Part shown: piece by piece, positions 1-8,144 of the stretch
How the letters are laid out: every line of letters starts with the position of its first letter
Position numbering within the stretch: position 1 is the first letter of the stretch
NCBI GenBank assembly: GCA_963977445.1
Contig: CAXBPH010000139.1
Coordinates: 1-17,691 of the forward strand
DNA length: 17,691 nucleotides
Direction: 5' to 3'
DNA from: an uncultured bacterium
Lineage (GTDB): Bacteria > Hydrogenedentota > Hydrogenedentia > Hydrogenedentales > JAEUWI01
Notes under the pieces: generated by a model
Seen by the model: the letters and a program-made list of their open reading frames with translations, nothing else
Told to the model about the DNA's origin: nothing
Databases searched by the model: none
Translations under genes and position numbers: made by a program

Positions 1-30
1 GGGACTCGTATCGGCGTGTGTCGACCAAAA

Positions 31-145
31 CCCAGGACTCGCTACGCTCGCCGCTCGGCTACGGTATGTCGCCCACTTCGTGGACTGAACAGTCCCTTTC
101 AGGGGCTTTCGTCATACCCCCGACTCTGCCGGTGGTATGACGAAA
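31..145. repeat. Degenerate REP-like palindrome cluster
   Basis: CCCAGGACTCGCTACGCTCGCCGCTCGGCT (31-60), hairpins GCCCAC-TTC-GTGGAC (71-85) and AGTCCCT-TTC-AGGGGCT (91-107), then a perfect 12-bp inverted repeat TTTCGTCATACC (107-118)/GGTATGACGAAA (134-145). No credible ORF here. Confidence 0.55.
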
Positions 146-329
146 TAAGCGCAGGTTCATCTCGGACATCTTTCGGTTCATTCGGTTTTCAGCTTCCAGA
201 CTTGGGGCTTGGGAGCGCAGGCGGCTCGCCTGCATTACGTCGAAGACGTATTACAACGTGCCTTTGGCCCGGGGCAGACGAGCTGCCCAGCTTAGGCGTG
301 TCCGAGACCTGGTATATCTTCGCTTATTT
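143..329 (+). mobile_element. Miniature inverted-repeat element (MITE/REPIN-like), copy 1
   Basis: Ends AAATAAGCGCAG (143-154) and CTTCGCTTATTT (318-329) are imperfect inverted repeats. 206-236 (GGCTTGGGAGCGCAGGCGGCTCGCCTGCATT) is the exact reverse complement of 16621-16651. Similarity to copy 2 runs over about 132-290. Confidence 0.7.
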
Positions 330-581
330 AGATCGCGTTCTATTAATTTCGATGTTATTGGGGCGTTAATCGGGGATCTTATGGTAGGAGCTGTTAGCGG
401 TCACTCGAATGAAGGTGTCCGCTATCTGGACGCCGCCCTGTATCGCTTCGATATTTGTCATGAGCACTGATGGCCCAGCCGTGTCGGGTGCGTGGATGGC
501 AAAGAAATATTGACCCACGGACCCTGGCGATTGGGTATTATATCCCCGGGTGAGTTTGTTCAACCAAAAGAGGTGTTCCCG

Positions 582-1388
582 ATGAATGAGCGTACGAGAC
601 TATCGAAACAGGCAACAACACCGCTGCATCTGGATGATACGGACCATGACGACGACGAACCGCGGGGGATACTGCTTTCTCGAAAAGAAGCACTTGCCGT
701 AATGGCGGGCGTAGGGACGGCTGTTCTGGTCGGTGGTCGTCCGGTCCGCGCGGAGTCCGCTGTTACAGAACCCAAAGTTTGCGTTGCATTGCCCGAGATG
801 ACAGATGGCCCCTTCTATCTGGATAAGATGCTCGAGCGCTCTGATATTCGCCTGGAGCCCAGTGATGGATCGGTCCGACCCGGTATTCCCCTCGATCTGG
901 TTTTTGATGTGTCCCGTTTGGTCGATTCGACCTGTGTGCCGCTGGAAGGGGCCATCGTCGATGTCTGGCATTGTGATGCCCTCGGGGTTTACTCCGGCGT
1001 ACAGGATCGCAACGGCAATTCAACGGCACAGACCTTTTTACGGGGCTATCAGCAAACGGACCCGGGGGGCCTGGCCCATTTCGTCACCATTTATCCGGGG
1101 TGGTATCGGGGACGGGCCGTACATATTCATTTCAAGATTCGTTCAACCAGCGACGCGGCCCAAGCCTTCGAGTTTACTTCCCAGCTTTTCTTCGATGATG
1201 GATTGAGCGACATGGTTCACGCCACCGAAGCCTATGCGGCGAATGGTCAGCGTGGGACGCGTAATGCCCAGGATGGCATCTTCCAGGGCGGCGGCGATCA
1301 ACTGACCCTGGACGTGTCGAAGACAGATGAAGGATATGCTGCGGTCTTTGCAATTGCCATCGACACGGACCGTGCGCCCAACCGTTGA
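582..1388 (+). CDS. Intradiol ring-cleavage dioxygenase family protein, probably exported (268 aa)
   Basis: Motifs TDGPFY, VDVWHCDALGVYSG, YPGWYRGRAVHIH and TSQLFF; the 2-Tyr/2-His Fe(III) ligand set is present. Start moved from 492 to ATG 582 because of the RBS AAGAGGTG at 568-575. LSRKEAL plus a hydrophobic stretch resembles a Tat signal. Confidence 0.9.
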   Translation: MNERTRLSKQATTPLHLDDTDHDDDEPRGILLSRKEALAVMAGVGTAVLVGGRPVRAESAVTEPKVCVALPEMTDGPFYLDKMLERSDIRLEPSDGSVRPGIPLDLVFDVSRLVDSTCVPLEGAIVDVWHCDALGVYSGVQDRNGNSTAQTFLRGYQQTDPGGLAHFVTIYPGWYRGRAVHIHFKIRSTSDAAQAFEFTSQLFFDDGLSDMVHATEAYAANGQRGTRNAQDGIFQGGGDQLTLDVSKTDEGYAAVFAIAIDTDRAPNR

Positions 1389-1515
1389 GCGGGGACGGGG
1401 GCTTGGAGGACGGCCTCCCCTCCACCAGCTTAGGAAACCTGGAAACGGGGACGTCAAGCAGAGGCTTAGACGTCCGCGTTTACGATGCGACGAGATTCGA
1501 CAGTGCGGTGACCAT

Positions 1516-1587
1516 GGGGACAGTTTTCGATTGCGGCGTGTCGCGGTGTAATGGAATCGCGTCGTTGATCAATCGGTAACTGTACCC
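1516..1587. repeat. Imperfect inverted-repeat pair between convergent genes
   Basis: GGGGACAGTTTTCGATTG (1516-1533) vs CAATCGGTAACTGTACCC (1570-1587): 15/18 complementary. Confidence 0.6.
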
Positions 1588-1638
1588 GGAGACGTGGGGT
1601 CATTTTTTCTCACACGAACCGACGTTGTCGGATCGCCC

Positions 1639-1668
1639 TCCAGTGGTGCGTGTACGACATGGCCCGGG
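1639..1668. repeat. 30-bp direct repeat, copy A (just downstream of the methyltransferase stop codon)
   Basis: TCCAGTGGTGCGTGTACGACATGGCCCGGG, 28/30 identical to 3213-3242. Confidence 0.85.
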
Positions 1669-1675
1669 GCATTGT

Positions 1676-3064
1676 CTATGGCTCCAACAAGGTTGGTTCC
1701 CAGAGACTGAAGTCCCTGCCAGCCTGGTTAGCAGAGAGCCATGTGTTCTGTTCCGTTTTAGTATCTTCCTTCAACGTAGACTCGGTCGTGTCTTTGGAGC
1801 CGACGATCCAGGATAGATGGGGGGAAAAGAAATTAATTCTACCTTTCAGTTTCGTCCCAAACATGCCTGCCGCTCCGATCAGCCATCCAGAATCCCCGCC
1901 AATAGCGTCGGAGCCATCCTCAAAATAGTGGGTAAAGTAGAATCCGCCCCGAAAATCGTAAAAATCAGTTACGGGGTATGTCTTGCCTCGGCTTGCCAGC
2001 GTTGCAATTGTCCTCTGCCCATCTTTTTCAACACGCAGCGTCAGGGGGAGATCGTCACCTGTGTCGTGATGCCATTGCCACGTGCCGGTGAATAGCGTAA
2101 CCTCACGGGTTGCGGTCCAAGGGCGCTCCGTAGTTTCCCCCTTCTCGGTGATCCTGATGGAGCCCTCCATCCTATCGTCGTGAGCCGTCCCGTCGAAATA
2201 GAGGTTGAAGGTATCGTATTTGGAGTTCTCTTGCATGCCAAACCAACGTACGCGGTCATCCCACAGATCGAACTTCACGCTACCTTCCCATGCTGTATTT
2301 TCGGGAATATGGAAACGTCCGACCACCTCGGTGACCGTCTGTCGTAGCTCCATACAAAGTTCCACGGGGCCCCGCGTGGTCTCCAAGGTGCCCTTCCAAC
2401 TGCCCGCCAATTTAACCGGAATAAGCCACGTATTTATTTTTCCCCGGACACCCCTTCCTACCCCGAAGCCGGTATAATATGGGACATTGGGGTTGCCCCC
2501 GAAGGGCGATTCGATAGTGCCATACATCCCGATGACTTCATTGTAGATCGCGAGGGTCTTGTTGGGCTTCCACTCGCCCATGGTGAACTGATTGGAGACG
2601 ATCCGTGCTCCTGGCTTGAGGAAATGAAAGAGTTTGGGGCGTAGCTCTATATTGGCAGCGTGCCCGAGGAAGAGCGTGACGACCGTAGCCTCGCCGAAGT
2701 CTTGGGTAAAGAGGTCTCCTTCGATAAATTCCACGCGGTCGGAGACGCCGGCCTTCTCCGCGTTTTCGCGGCTCTGTCGGACGAGTTCGGGGTCTATTTC
2801 GACGCCGACGGCCCGCTGAGCGCCAAAATCGCGGACAGCGGCGATGACAATGCGCCCATCACCCGACCCGAGATCGTAGACGATGTCATCTTTTCCGACG
2901 TGGGCCATCCAGAGCATATCCTGGACAGATTCTACTGGGGTCGCGACGTAGCGAATTGGGTATCTCTTTGGTTTCTTGGTACCTTCGTCGCTGAAAGCGA
3001 AGTTGCACAGCACAAGGCTCAATATAAGCGCGATACAGCGATTAGAATTGTGAAATTCGTTCAT
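1676..3064 (-). CDS. Class I SAM-dependent methyltransferase with N-terminal signal peptide and C-terminal beta-rich domains (462 aa)
   Basis: YVATP, VYDLGSGDGRIVI (motif I), GVEID, GDLF, VVTLFL and LKPGARIVS. ATG at 3064 has RBS GGAGG (3074-3070) 5 nt upstream. N-terminus RCIALILSLVLCNFAFS is signal-like. Confidence 0.88.
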   Translation of the reverse strand: MNEFHNSNRCIALILSLVLCNFAFSDEGTKKPKRYPIRYVATPVESVQDMLWMAHVGKDDIVYDLGSGDGRIVIAAVRDFGAQRAVGVEIDPELVRQSRENAEKAGVSDRVEFIEGDLFTQDFGEATVVTLFLGHAANIELRPKLFHFLKPGARIVSNQFTMGEWKPNKTLAIYNEVIGMYGTIESPFGGNPNVPYYTGFGVGRGVRGKINTWLIPVKLAGSWKGTLETTRGPVELCMELRQTVTEVVGRFHIPENTAWEGSVKFDLWDDRVRWFGMQENSKYDTFNLYFDGTAHDDRMEGSIRITEKGETTERPWTATREVTLFTGTWQWHHDTGDDLPLTLRVEKDGQRTIATLASRGKTYPVTDFYDFRGGFYFTHYFEDGSDAIGGDSGWLIGAAGMFGTKLKGRINFFSPHLSWIVGSKDTTESTLKEDTKTEQNTWLSANQAGRDFSLWEPTLLEP

Positions 3065-3159
3065 GCGTGCCTCCATCGACGGGCACAACACGATGATTGG
3101 CCCCCTTTGCCGTCCTGAGTGCGCTTCATTGAACAATGGCGTCACGCACCCTGCGTTGG

Positions 3160-3168
3160 AGTGTAGCA
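3160..3168 (-). promoter_or_regulatory. Putative extended -10 promoter for the methyltransferase
   Basis: TG-C-TACACT on the minus strand about 100 nt upstream of the ATG; no clear -35. Confidence 0.35.
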
Positions 3169-3212
3169 TGAATCTCGTAGAAGTCTGGTGTTTTTTGAGC
3201 TTTTGCTTTGTG

Positions 3213-3242
3213 TCCAGTGGTGCGTCTACGACATGGCACGGG
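3213..3242. repeat. 30-bp direct repeat, copy B (upstream of the methyltransferase)
   Basis: TCCAGTGGTGCGTCTACGACATGGCACGGG, 28/30 identical to 1639-1668. Confidence 0.85.
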
Positions 3243-3252
3243 CGTTGAGTCA

Positions 3253-3287
3253 GGCGAGACGGCCTACTTGCGTTTGGCCGTCTCGCC
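3253..3287. terminator. Strong hairpin downstream of the PL26-like gene (terminator or mRNA-stabilising stem)
   Basis: Perfect 12-bp stem GGCGAGACGGCC (3253-3264)/GGCCGTCTCGCC (3276-3287) with an 11-nt loop; no clear U-tract. Confidence 0.5.
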
Positions 3288-3342
3288 GATAGTGGATCGT
3301 GTTTCTTTGCGAATGCGTGGCTTGACTACAGGAGCCCTCTCT

Positions 3343-3378
3343 TGTCCCACAGGTCCCACTTGTCCCACCCGTCCTACT
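3343..3378. repeat. 9-nt tandem repeat x4 (nGTCCyACn)
   Basis: TGTCCCACA GGTCCCACT TGTCCCACC CGTCCTACT; the last unit overlaps the TAG stop (3374-3376) of the PL26-like gene. Confidence 0.8.
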
Positions 3379-5896
3379 CCTTCGCGAGGGCGTCCACCAG
3401 CGAGAAGGCATAGGGATAATTATACAGGGTAATCGCGTTGCTATTACTTTGAAAATAGGCCTCTGTCATGGCCTGATGGGTGGGCCATTCAAGGGGGCTA
3501 TCACCACCCCGGGATTCGAAGACAGCACTGGGCTCGGCCAGCGCTTTCCGTACGATATCGAGATAACGTGGGTCGTTTGTATGGCGATAGGCGAAAACGG
3601 CCGCGTGGAGGTGGCTGTAGTATCCCGCGACATCGGGTGCGAAATGCAGTTGTCGCTCCTTCGCAACTTCTTCCGTTTCGAGCAGCAAGGTGGACCACTT
3701 CAGCAGGCGTTCCGTGATCACGGTGTTTTCCGTCAGGTCGGCTGTTTCCATAAGTATGCGCAGGGGTCCGAAAAAGGTCAGGAAAAAGTCTGCCAGCATG
3801 GGCGTGCTGTCGGCGAAGTGGCCTGCGCCCGTCGCCCAATCAATGGTGAACGTTGCGGGAAATCCATAACCGCCGAGGGGGTTGGCGCAGAAGGTCTCGG
3901 AGGCCTTCTGCAACACTTCAGCATAATGGGCGTCGCCCGTGCTTTCCCAGAGATAGAGGAGGGCCGTGGCGCCCACACCATAGTTCATGGCGGGACAGGG
4001 CACCGGGCCGGGTGTTTTGACCAGTTCCTGAAAGCCGAATAGAATGCGGTCCCGGGTGTGTTCGTCGCCCGAGAGGAAATGGTAAATGCGCTTGTTCTGG
4101 GCGATGGTCATGCGGCGTTCGCGGTCGGTGCATCCCCAATGGTTTACGTTGTGGCGCATACCGCAACCGGAGAACTGGCCGAGTTGAAACATATCCACAT
4201 CCTGCACGTGGCGGGTCATGGCCTCTGAGAAGCGATAAAGGGATTCGTCACCGCTGGCGAGGTAGGCCATCCAATGAGAGCCGGAAATTTGTCCCTCGTT
4301 GTTGAGCCAGGCGTAGCCGCCCTCGTCGAAACGCCACTGGTCACGTACCGGATCAAAGCTGTGCATGGCGTCGCCGTAGTCGATGAAAGAATACCACCGG
4401 TTTCGCTCCTGCTCCGCGGGATAAAAGGAGGTGACAGCGTCGAAATAGGCTACGCCGGGCCCGGATTCTGGCTCGGCACCAAAGCCACCGAATATACCCG
4501 TAGAGGCCATCCATTCCGGGGTCGCACGGAGCAGGGGCGTCCGCTGAAACAACAGGGCCTGCGCCGCACTGCGCTCTGGTGCGGTGCCCGCTGCGGTGAA
4601 GTCGAGCAGCAGTTCCGAGGACTTGGAGATGCCGGTGGCATTGAAGGTGTCATGGGGGAAGGGCGACGCGGGGGTGCCCGCTTTTCCAGAGCCCGCTTCG
4701 TAAAGCGCGTGGTAACCCAGGTCCGAGTAGCGTCGAAGGTCGAGGGGCTCACCATAGGGCGAATAGAACCAGGCGGTCAGGGTGCGGTCTACGGCGTCTA
4801 TCGCGATAGCCTTGGGATACTCCTGCCAGAAATTACGCACCGTCGCGCCCATGGAGCCCTGCGCCGTGTCGAGGCGTCCCCAGCCCTGGGAGCGTGTGCC
4901 GGCGGCGACCCGCAGGGGGCTGTTGGTCTCGGGGTTGACTACTTTGCGGATGGTGAAAGCGTCGGCGCTGTTCTGGGTGATCCAGCCTTTGCGCCATGCG
5001 GGGAGGGCTGGGTCAACCACGTACTTGGTGGCGTAACCCGGCCCCTCACTGCCCGCGAGGGTGTAGCCCGTGATGGTTTCGGGTGCGGCGGTGAGGCGTA
5101 CCCCAATGGCGCGAATAAAATCTTCTCGGGCTTCGCCGTCGAAGACAAAGGTGTGGTAAAGGCGGATGCGGGCATCGTTCTTGTAGGCGTAGAGGCGAAC
5201 GGTGTAGGGTGCGAAGGTCTGGCCCTCTGCCGACGTATGAATGCCATCGATACGAATCACGGCCACGGTGGGGCTGGCCTCTTCGAGGGCCGCCGTGAAC
5301 TGTGCATCATCGGCATGGGCGCTGAAATGGAGGGGGACGGTCGCGCCCTCCACCTTGCGGTCCACATCGATGAATAGTTCCGCGCTGCTATCGCCCGAAA
5401 GCATAGGCACCCACGTGTCGTCTATCTTTACCGAGAGATCGGTGAGCAGGTTCGCCTTGGTGCGGCCCACCGAAAAGCGCATTGCACCCGTGTCCACCTG
5501 AATGGTTTCGTCGTCCTGTTGCGCAAAAGGGGCGGTCGCGGTGGTGCCGCCATCGGCGCGCAATTCGAACTGTTGGGCACCCGAGGCCGATAGATCGGGC
5601 TGCATGCGGACCAGCACCCACTTCACCGAGCCATCGGGCCAGAATGCGGTGACTTTTACCTCGGCGTCGGCCAACTTGCCTTCCCCATCAACCACGGAGA
5701 AGGCGGCATCGGGCATGGCATGACCACGGGGCAGGGGTATGCCGCCCTGGACAAAAAAGTGGGCCTGTTCTACCTCGACAAAGTTTTCGATGGTGAAAGG
5801 AACGGCGGGGGAGGCCCCGTGGGCCCCGATGGGCAACATGAAAAGTAGCGAAATAAATGTGCCCAGGAAGGGGCGACGATGGGTGTGGTGGAACAA
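3374..5896 (-). CDS. Secreted PcRGLX/YetA-like protein (exo-rhamnogalacturonan lyase family, PL26-like), 840 aa
   Basis: Family-typical motifs FWPDGSVKW, RNFWQEYPK, WYSFIDYGDAMHSFDPVRDQWRFDEGGYAWLNNE, EAMTRHVQDVD and RHNVNHWGC. TTG start with AAAGGA upstream; signal peptide ending near AHG-A. Confidence 0.82.
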   Translation of the reverse strand: MFHHTHRRPFLGTFISLLFMLPIGAHGASPAVPFTIENFVEVEQAHFFVQGGIPLPRGHAMPDAAFSVVDGEGKLADAEVKVTAFWPDGSVKWVLVRMQPDLSASGAQQFELRADGGTTATAPFAQQDDETIQVDTGAMRFSVGRTKANLLTDLSVKIDDTWVPMLSGDSSAELFIDVDRKVEGATVPLHFSAHADDAQFTAALEEASPTVAVIRIDGIHTSAEGQTFAPYTVRLYAYKNDARIRLYHTFVFDGEAREDFIRAIGVRLTAAPETITGYTLAGSEGPGYATKYVVDPALPAWRKGWITQNSADAFTIRKVVNPETNSPLRVAAGTRSQGWGRLDTAQGSMGATVRNFWQEYPKAIAIDAVDRTLTAWFYSPYGEPLDLRRYSDLGYHALYEAGSGKAGTPASPFPHDTFNATGISKSSELLLDFTAAGTAPERSAAQALLFQRTPLLRATPEWMASTGIFGGFGAEPESGPGVAYFDAVTSFYPAEQERNRWYSFIDYGDAMHSFDPVRDQWRFDEGGYAWLNNEGQISGSHWMAYLASGDESLYRFSEAMTRHVQDVDMFQLGQFSGCGMRHNVNHWGCTDRERRMTIAQNKRIYHFLSGDEHTRDRILFGFQELVKTPGPVPCPAMNYGVGATALLYLWESTGDAHYAEVLQKASETFCANPLGGYGFPATFTIDWATGAGHFADSTPMLADFFLTFFGPLRILMETADLTENTVITERLLKWSTLLLETEEVAKERQLHFAPDVAGYYSHLHAAVFAYRHTNDPRYLDIVRKALAEPSAVFESRGGDSPLEWPTHQAMTEAYFQSNSNAITLYNYPYAFSLVDALAKE

Positions 5897-5934
5897 GATA
5901 CTGCATCCTTTGTTGATGTTTTTTTAGTGCGCTT

Positions 5935-5960
5935 AGGGTTTCTTGTCGTTAAGAAACCCT
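5935..5960. other. Perfect hairpin between the DUF3604 and PL26-like genes
   Basis: AGGGTTTCTT-gtcgtt-AAGAAACCCT, a 10-bp stem; could be a terminator, processing site or operator. Confidence 0.55.
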
Positions 5961-5972
5961 GGATGGGAGTTA

Positions 5973-5999
5973 ACCACAAAGAACGCAAAGAGCACAAAA
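5973..5999. repeat. 9-nt-periodic repeat x3 (AnCAC(A/G)AAG type)
   Basis: ACCACAAAG AACGCAAAG AGCACAAAA; same pattern as 11346-11372. Confidence 0.75.
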
Positions 6000-6064
6000 G
6001 TAGTGACGGATTAGCACCGGCAGTGCGGTGCAGATGACGTACGTTTCAGGTGTCTTTCGACGTT

Positions 6065-8038
6065 TTACTTGATCCACACCGGTGAAGACCAGGCCATGGC
6101 AATACGTTTGTGAATCAGCTTGTGTTGTCGAAGGCGGGTGTAGTAAATCGTGCCAGCGGCCACCGCGCTATCTTCGAAGGTCGTCTCGAATTCGAGGGTG
6201 CCCGGTTCCCAATGCTGGATGACGGAAAATGTCTCTTCGCCGGGTAGGAGGCGGAGCAGTTCTACGGAGTCGATTATGTCCGTGCCGTGGGTGCGAATAT
6301 GGACCTGCGCGGGGCTTTCGAGCTGGGCGGTCTGACCCATGGGCGTGCCGCTGACGTCGAAGTGGAGGATGATCTTGGCACCCGTGGTGGCGTAGGTGTT
6401 GCGGTCGTAGAGTCCCTGAAAAATACCGTCCCGCGTGAGGCTTGTCGCACGGATAGCGGCCAGGCCATACATGGCAATGCCGGGGTGGGCGCGGTGGTCG
6501 TCTGACGAGCCAATGACCGAGACCTCAAGGCCCATGCGCAGGGCATCCTGCAGGTTGACCGCGCCTTCGGCACTCTTGGAGTCCGAGGTGAAGTCGCTGA
6601 ACTCAAAGGCGAGGGGGTGGCTGGGATCATAGACTTCGCTGAGGCCATGTCCCGAATACATTTCGAAGTTTCGGCGTAACTCCGGGTTGTGGACGGAAAA
6701 GTCCACGCCTGCGGGAAACTTGCCCGTGTGGTGGGGGATGGTCAAGGCTTCACCGCCCTTCAATGCGGCCCAGAGATTGGGAAGCTTGACGACTTGCGGG
6801 TAGAGCAAGGGGCCTGGTGCGCCACGAAAATAGACATTGTGGTGGCCATAGGGTTTGCCGAAGCTACACTCATAGGCGTGGAGCGTAACAAAGTCACCGG
6901 GCATGTAGTAGGCGTCGGTCAGGGCGTTGTATTCATCCCAATAGGATTCGGACAGGCCCTTGGTCCAGCCGGGCTCGGGTGCGATGGCGTGGTCCGTCAT
7001 GGCGTAAAAGTCGAGACCCGATACATAGCGGGCATAGCTGAAAGAATCGTTGCCCACGCCATCCCAGCTATAGCGGGTATGGGAATGAAGGTCGCCCCAG
7101 TAGAGGGGACGTTCCGGCAAGGTGGCGGCGACTTCCGTGGGATTGCCCAGGAGATCGCGGCTTTCTTCTTCCCATCGCGCTGCAATACGGACGACGCCAT
7201 CCGCGTTGGGAGTTACCTCAAATTCTGACCAGGAATGGTCCCGATAGATGGTGGTCGATTTCGGTCCGGTGACGCCTTCGGGATAGGTGAAAGTGAAATT
7301 GGCAGGGCCTGCGGTCGGGTTAAACTCCTTGTCGATGATGGCGACCCGGCAGGTCATGGGTTGACCGGCGACGGCGTTCGACGGGGCATGGACCTGGGCA
7401 TAGACCGCCTTCCCCGCGATGGCTTCGATGACCGGGGTGTAATTCACCATTTCAAAACGGCTGTCACCATCGTTGTCGAGGGCCACGAGAATGGGGAGGG
7501 CGTAGGCCGATACGGCGGCGGCCCAATAGCCTTTGCTGCCGCCCGAGGTATCGCCATAGACGACACTGACCGTATCGCCTTCTTTTATCGTTCCCTCGGT
7601 GACGAGAACCCGAACGACAAATACATAGCGTTCATTGCGGCCATCCAGGCTCTTCTTGGCATGTTTAATGAGGACATCGTCTCGCTCATCTTCTACGATG
7701 CAACGAACGGCGACGTCCGGGTTGGAGCAGTTGGCCGTAATGTAATTGTCGGCCTTCGGGTCTTTTGTCTGGAGCCGGACAGCCGAATTGCGCGGCCCCG
7801 CATGCCATTCATCGGGAAGCTCGACCCGAATCCCGCCGCCCGCGATGATGCCCCCGTCACCGACGGTGTAGGTGACGGTCCACGTGCCATATTCACCGGC
7901 CACACCCCGCTCGGGGGTGACGGTAGCCTCGCCCAGATTAACCCACGCCTCGGGAAGCATGATGGCTTCGGGGATGTCCTGGGCGGGGGCGGTGAGGGCC
8001 AGCAAGGAGATGAGTGCAGTAAGCAGGTGTGTCCGCAT
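6065..8038 (-). CDS. Secreted DUF3604 / PHP-fold metallohydrolase (CehA/McbA-like), 657 aa
   Basis: LYWGDLHSHTRYS, AMTDH, GHHNV, IPHH, GSSDDHRAHPG, RNTYATTG and C-terminal YYTRLRQ..AWSSPVW. Start moved to ATG 8038 (RBS GAAAGG upstream), giving the signal peptide MRTHLLTALISLLALTAPA. Confidence 0.85.
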   Translation of the reverse strand: MRTHLLTALISLLALTAPAQDIPEAIMLPEAWVNLGEATVTPERGVAGEYGTWTVTYTVGDGGIIAGGGIRVELPDEWHAGPRNSAVRLQTKDPKADNYITANCSNPDVAVRCIVEDERDDVLIKHAKKSLDGRNERYVFVVRVLVTEGTIKEGDTVSVVYGDTSGGSKGYWAAAVSAYALPILVALDNDGDSRFEMVNYTPVIEAIAGKAVYAQVHAPSNAVAGQPMTCRVAIIDKEFNPTAGPANFTFTYPEGVTGPKSTTIYRDHSWSEFEVTPNADGVVRIAARWEEESRDLLGNPTEVAATLPERPLYWGDLHSHTRYSWDGVGNDSFSYARYVSGLDFYAMTDHAIAPEPGWTKGLSESYWDEYNALTDAYYMPGDFVTLHAYECSFGKPYGHHNVYFRGAPGPLLYPQVVKLPNLWAALKGGEALTIPHHTGKFPAGVDFSVHNPELRRNFEMYSGHGLSEVYDPSHPLAFEFSDFTSDSKSAEGAVNLQDALRMGLEVSVIGSSDDHRAHPGIAMYGLAAIRATSLTRDGIFQGLYDRNTYATTGAKIILHFDVSGTPMGQTAQLESPAQVHIRTHGTDIIDSVELLRLLPGEETFSVIQHWEPGTLEFETTFEDSAVAAGTIYYTRLRQHKLIHKRIAMAWSSPVWIK

Positions 8039-8115
8039 CGGTGTGCCTTTCTCAGGGAACAATTTCGCAAGGTCGGTGTCGGGTGCAGCCACAGGTGGCA
8101 CCGCAACCATCCCAT

Positions 8116-8144
8116 ACCATAGCGCTCTGTTCGGACGGCGTCAA
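8116..8144 (-). promoter_or_regulatory. Putative sigma70 promoter for the DUF3604 gene
   Basis: TTGACG (8144-8139) - 17 nt - TATGGT (8121-8116). Confidence 0.55.

Noticed and set aside
510..541. TTGACC...TATTAT promoter upstream of the dioxygenase
   Set aside because: The 20-nt spacing is too long for a canonical sigma70 pair; only the -10 is plausible.
16..563. Short ORFs at the window start (16-369, 258-470, 366-563)
   Set aside because: The first two overlap repeat elements; none has a convincing RBS or recognisable domain.
1516..1587. Possible integron attC site
   Set aside because: The order is GTT...AAC rather than RYYYAAC...GTTRRRY, and no intI or cassette array is present.
1639..3242. 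30-bp direct repeats read as a CRISPR array
   Set aside because: Only two copies, separated by about 1.5 kb containing a gene; no cas genes.
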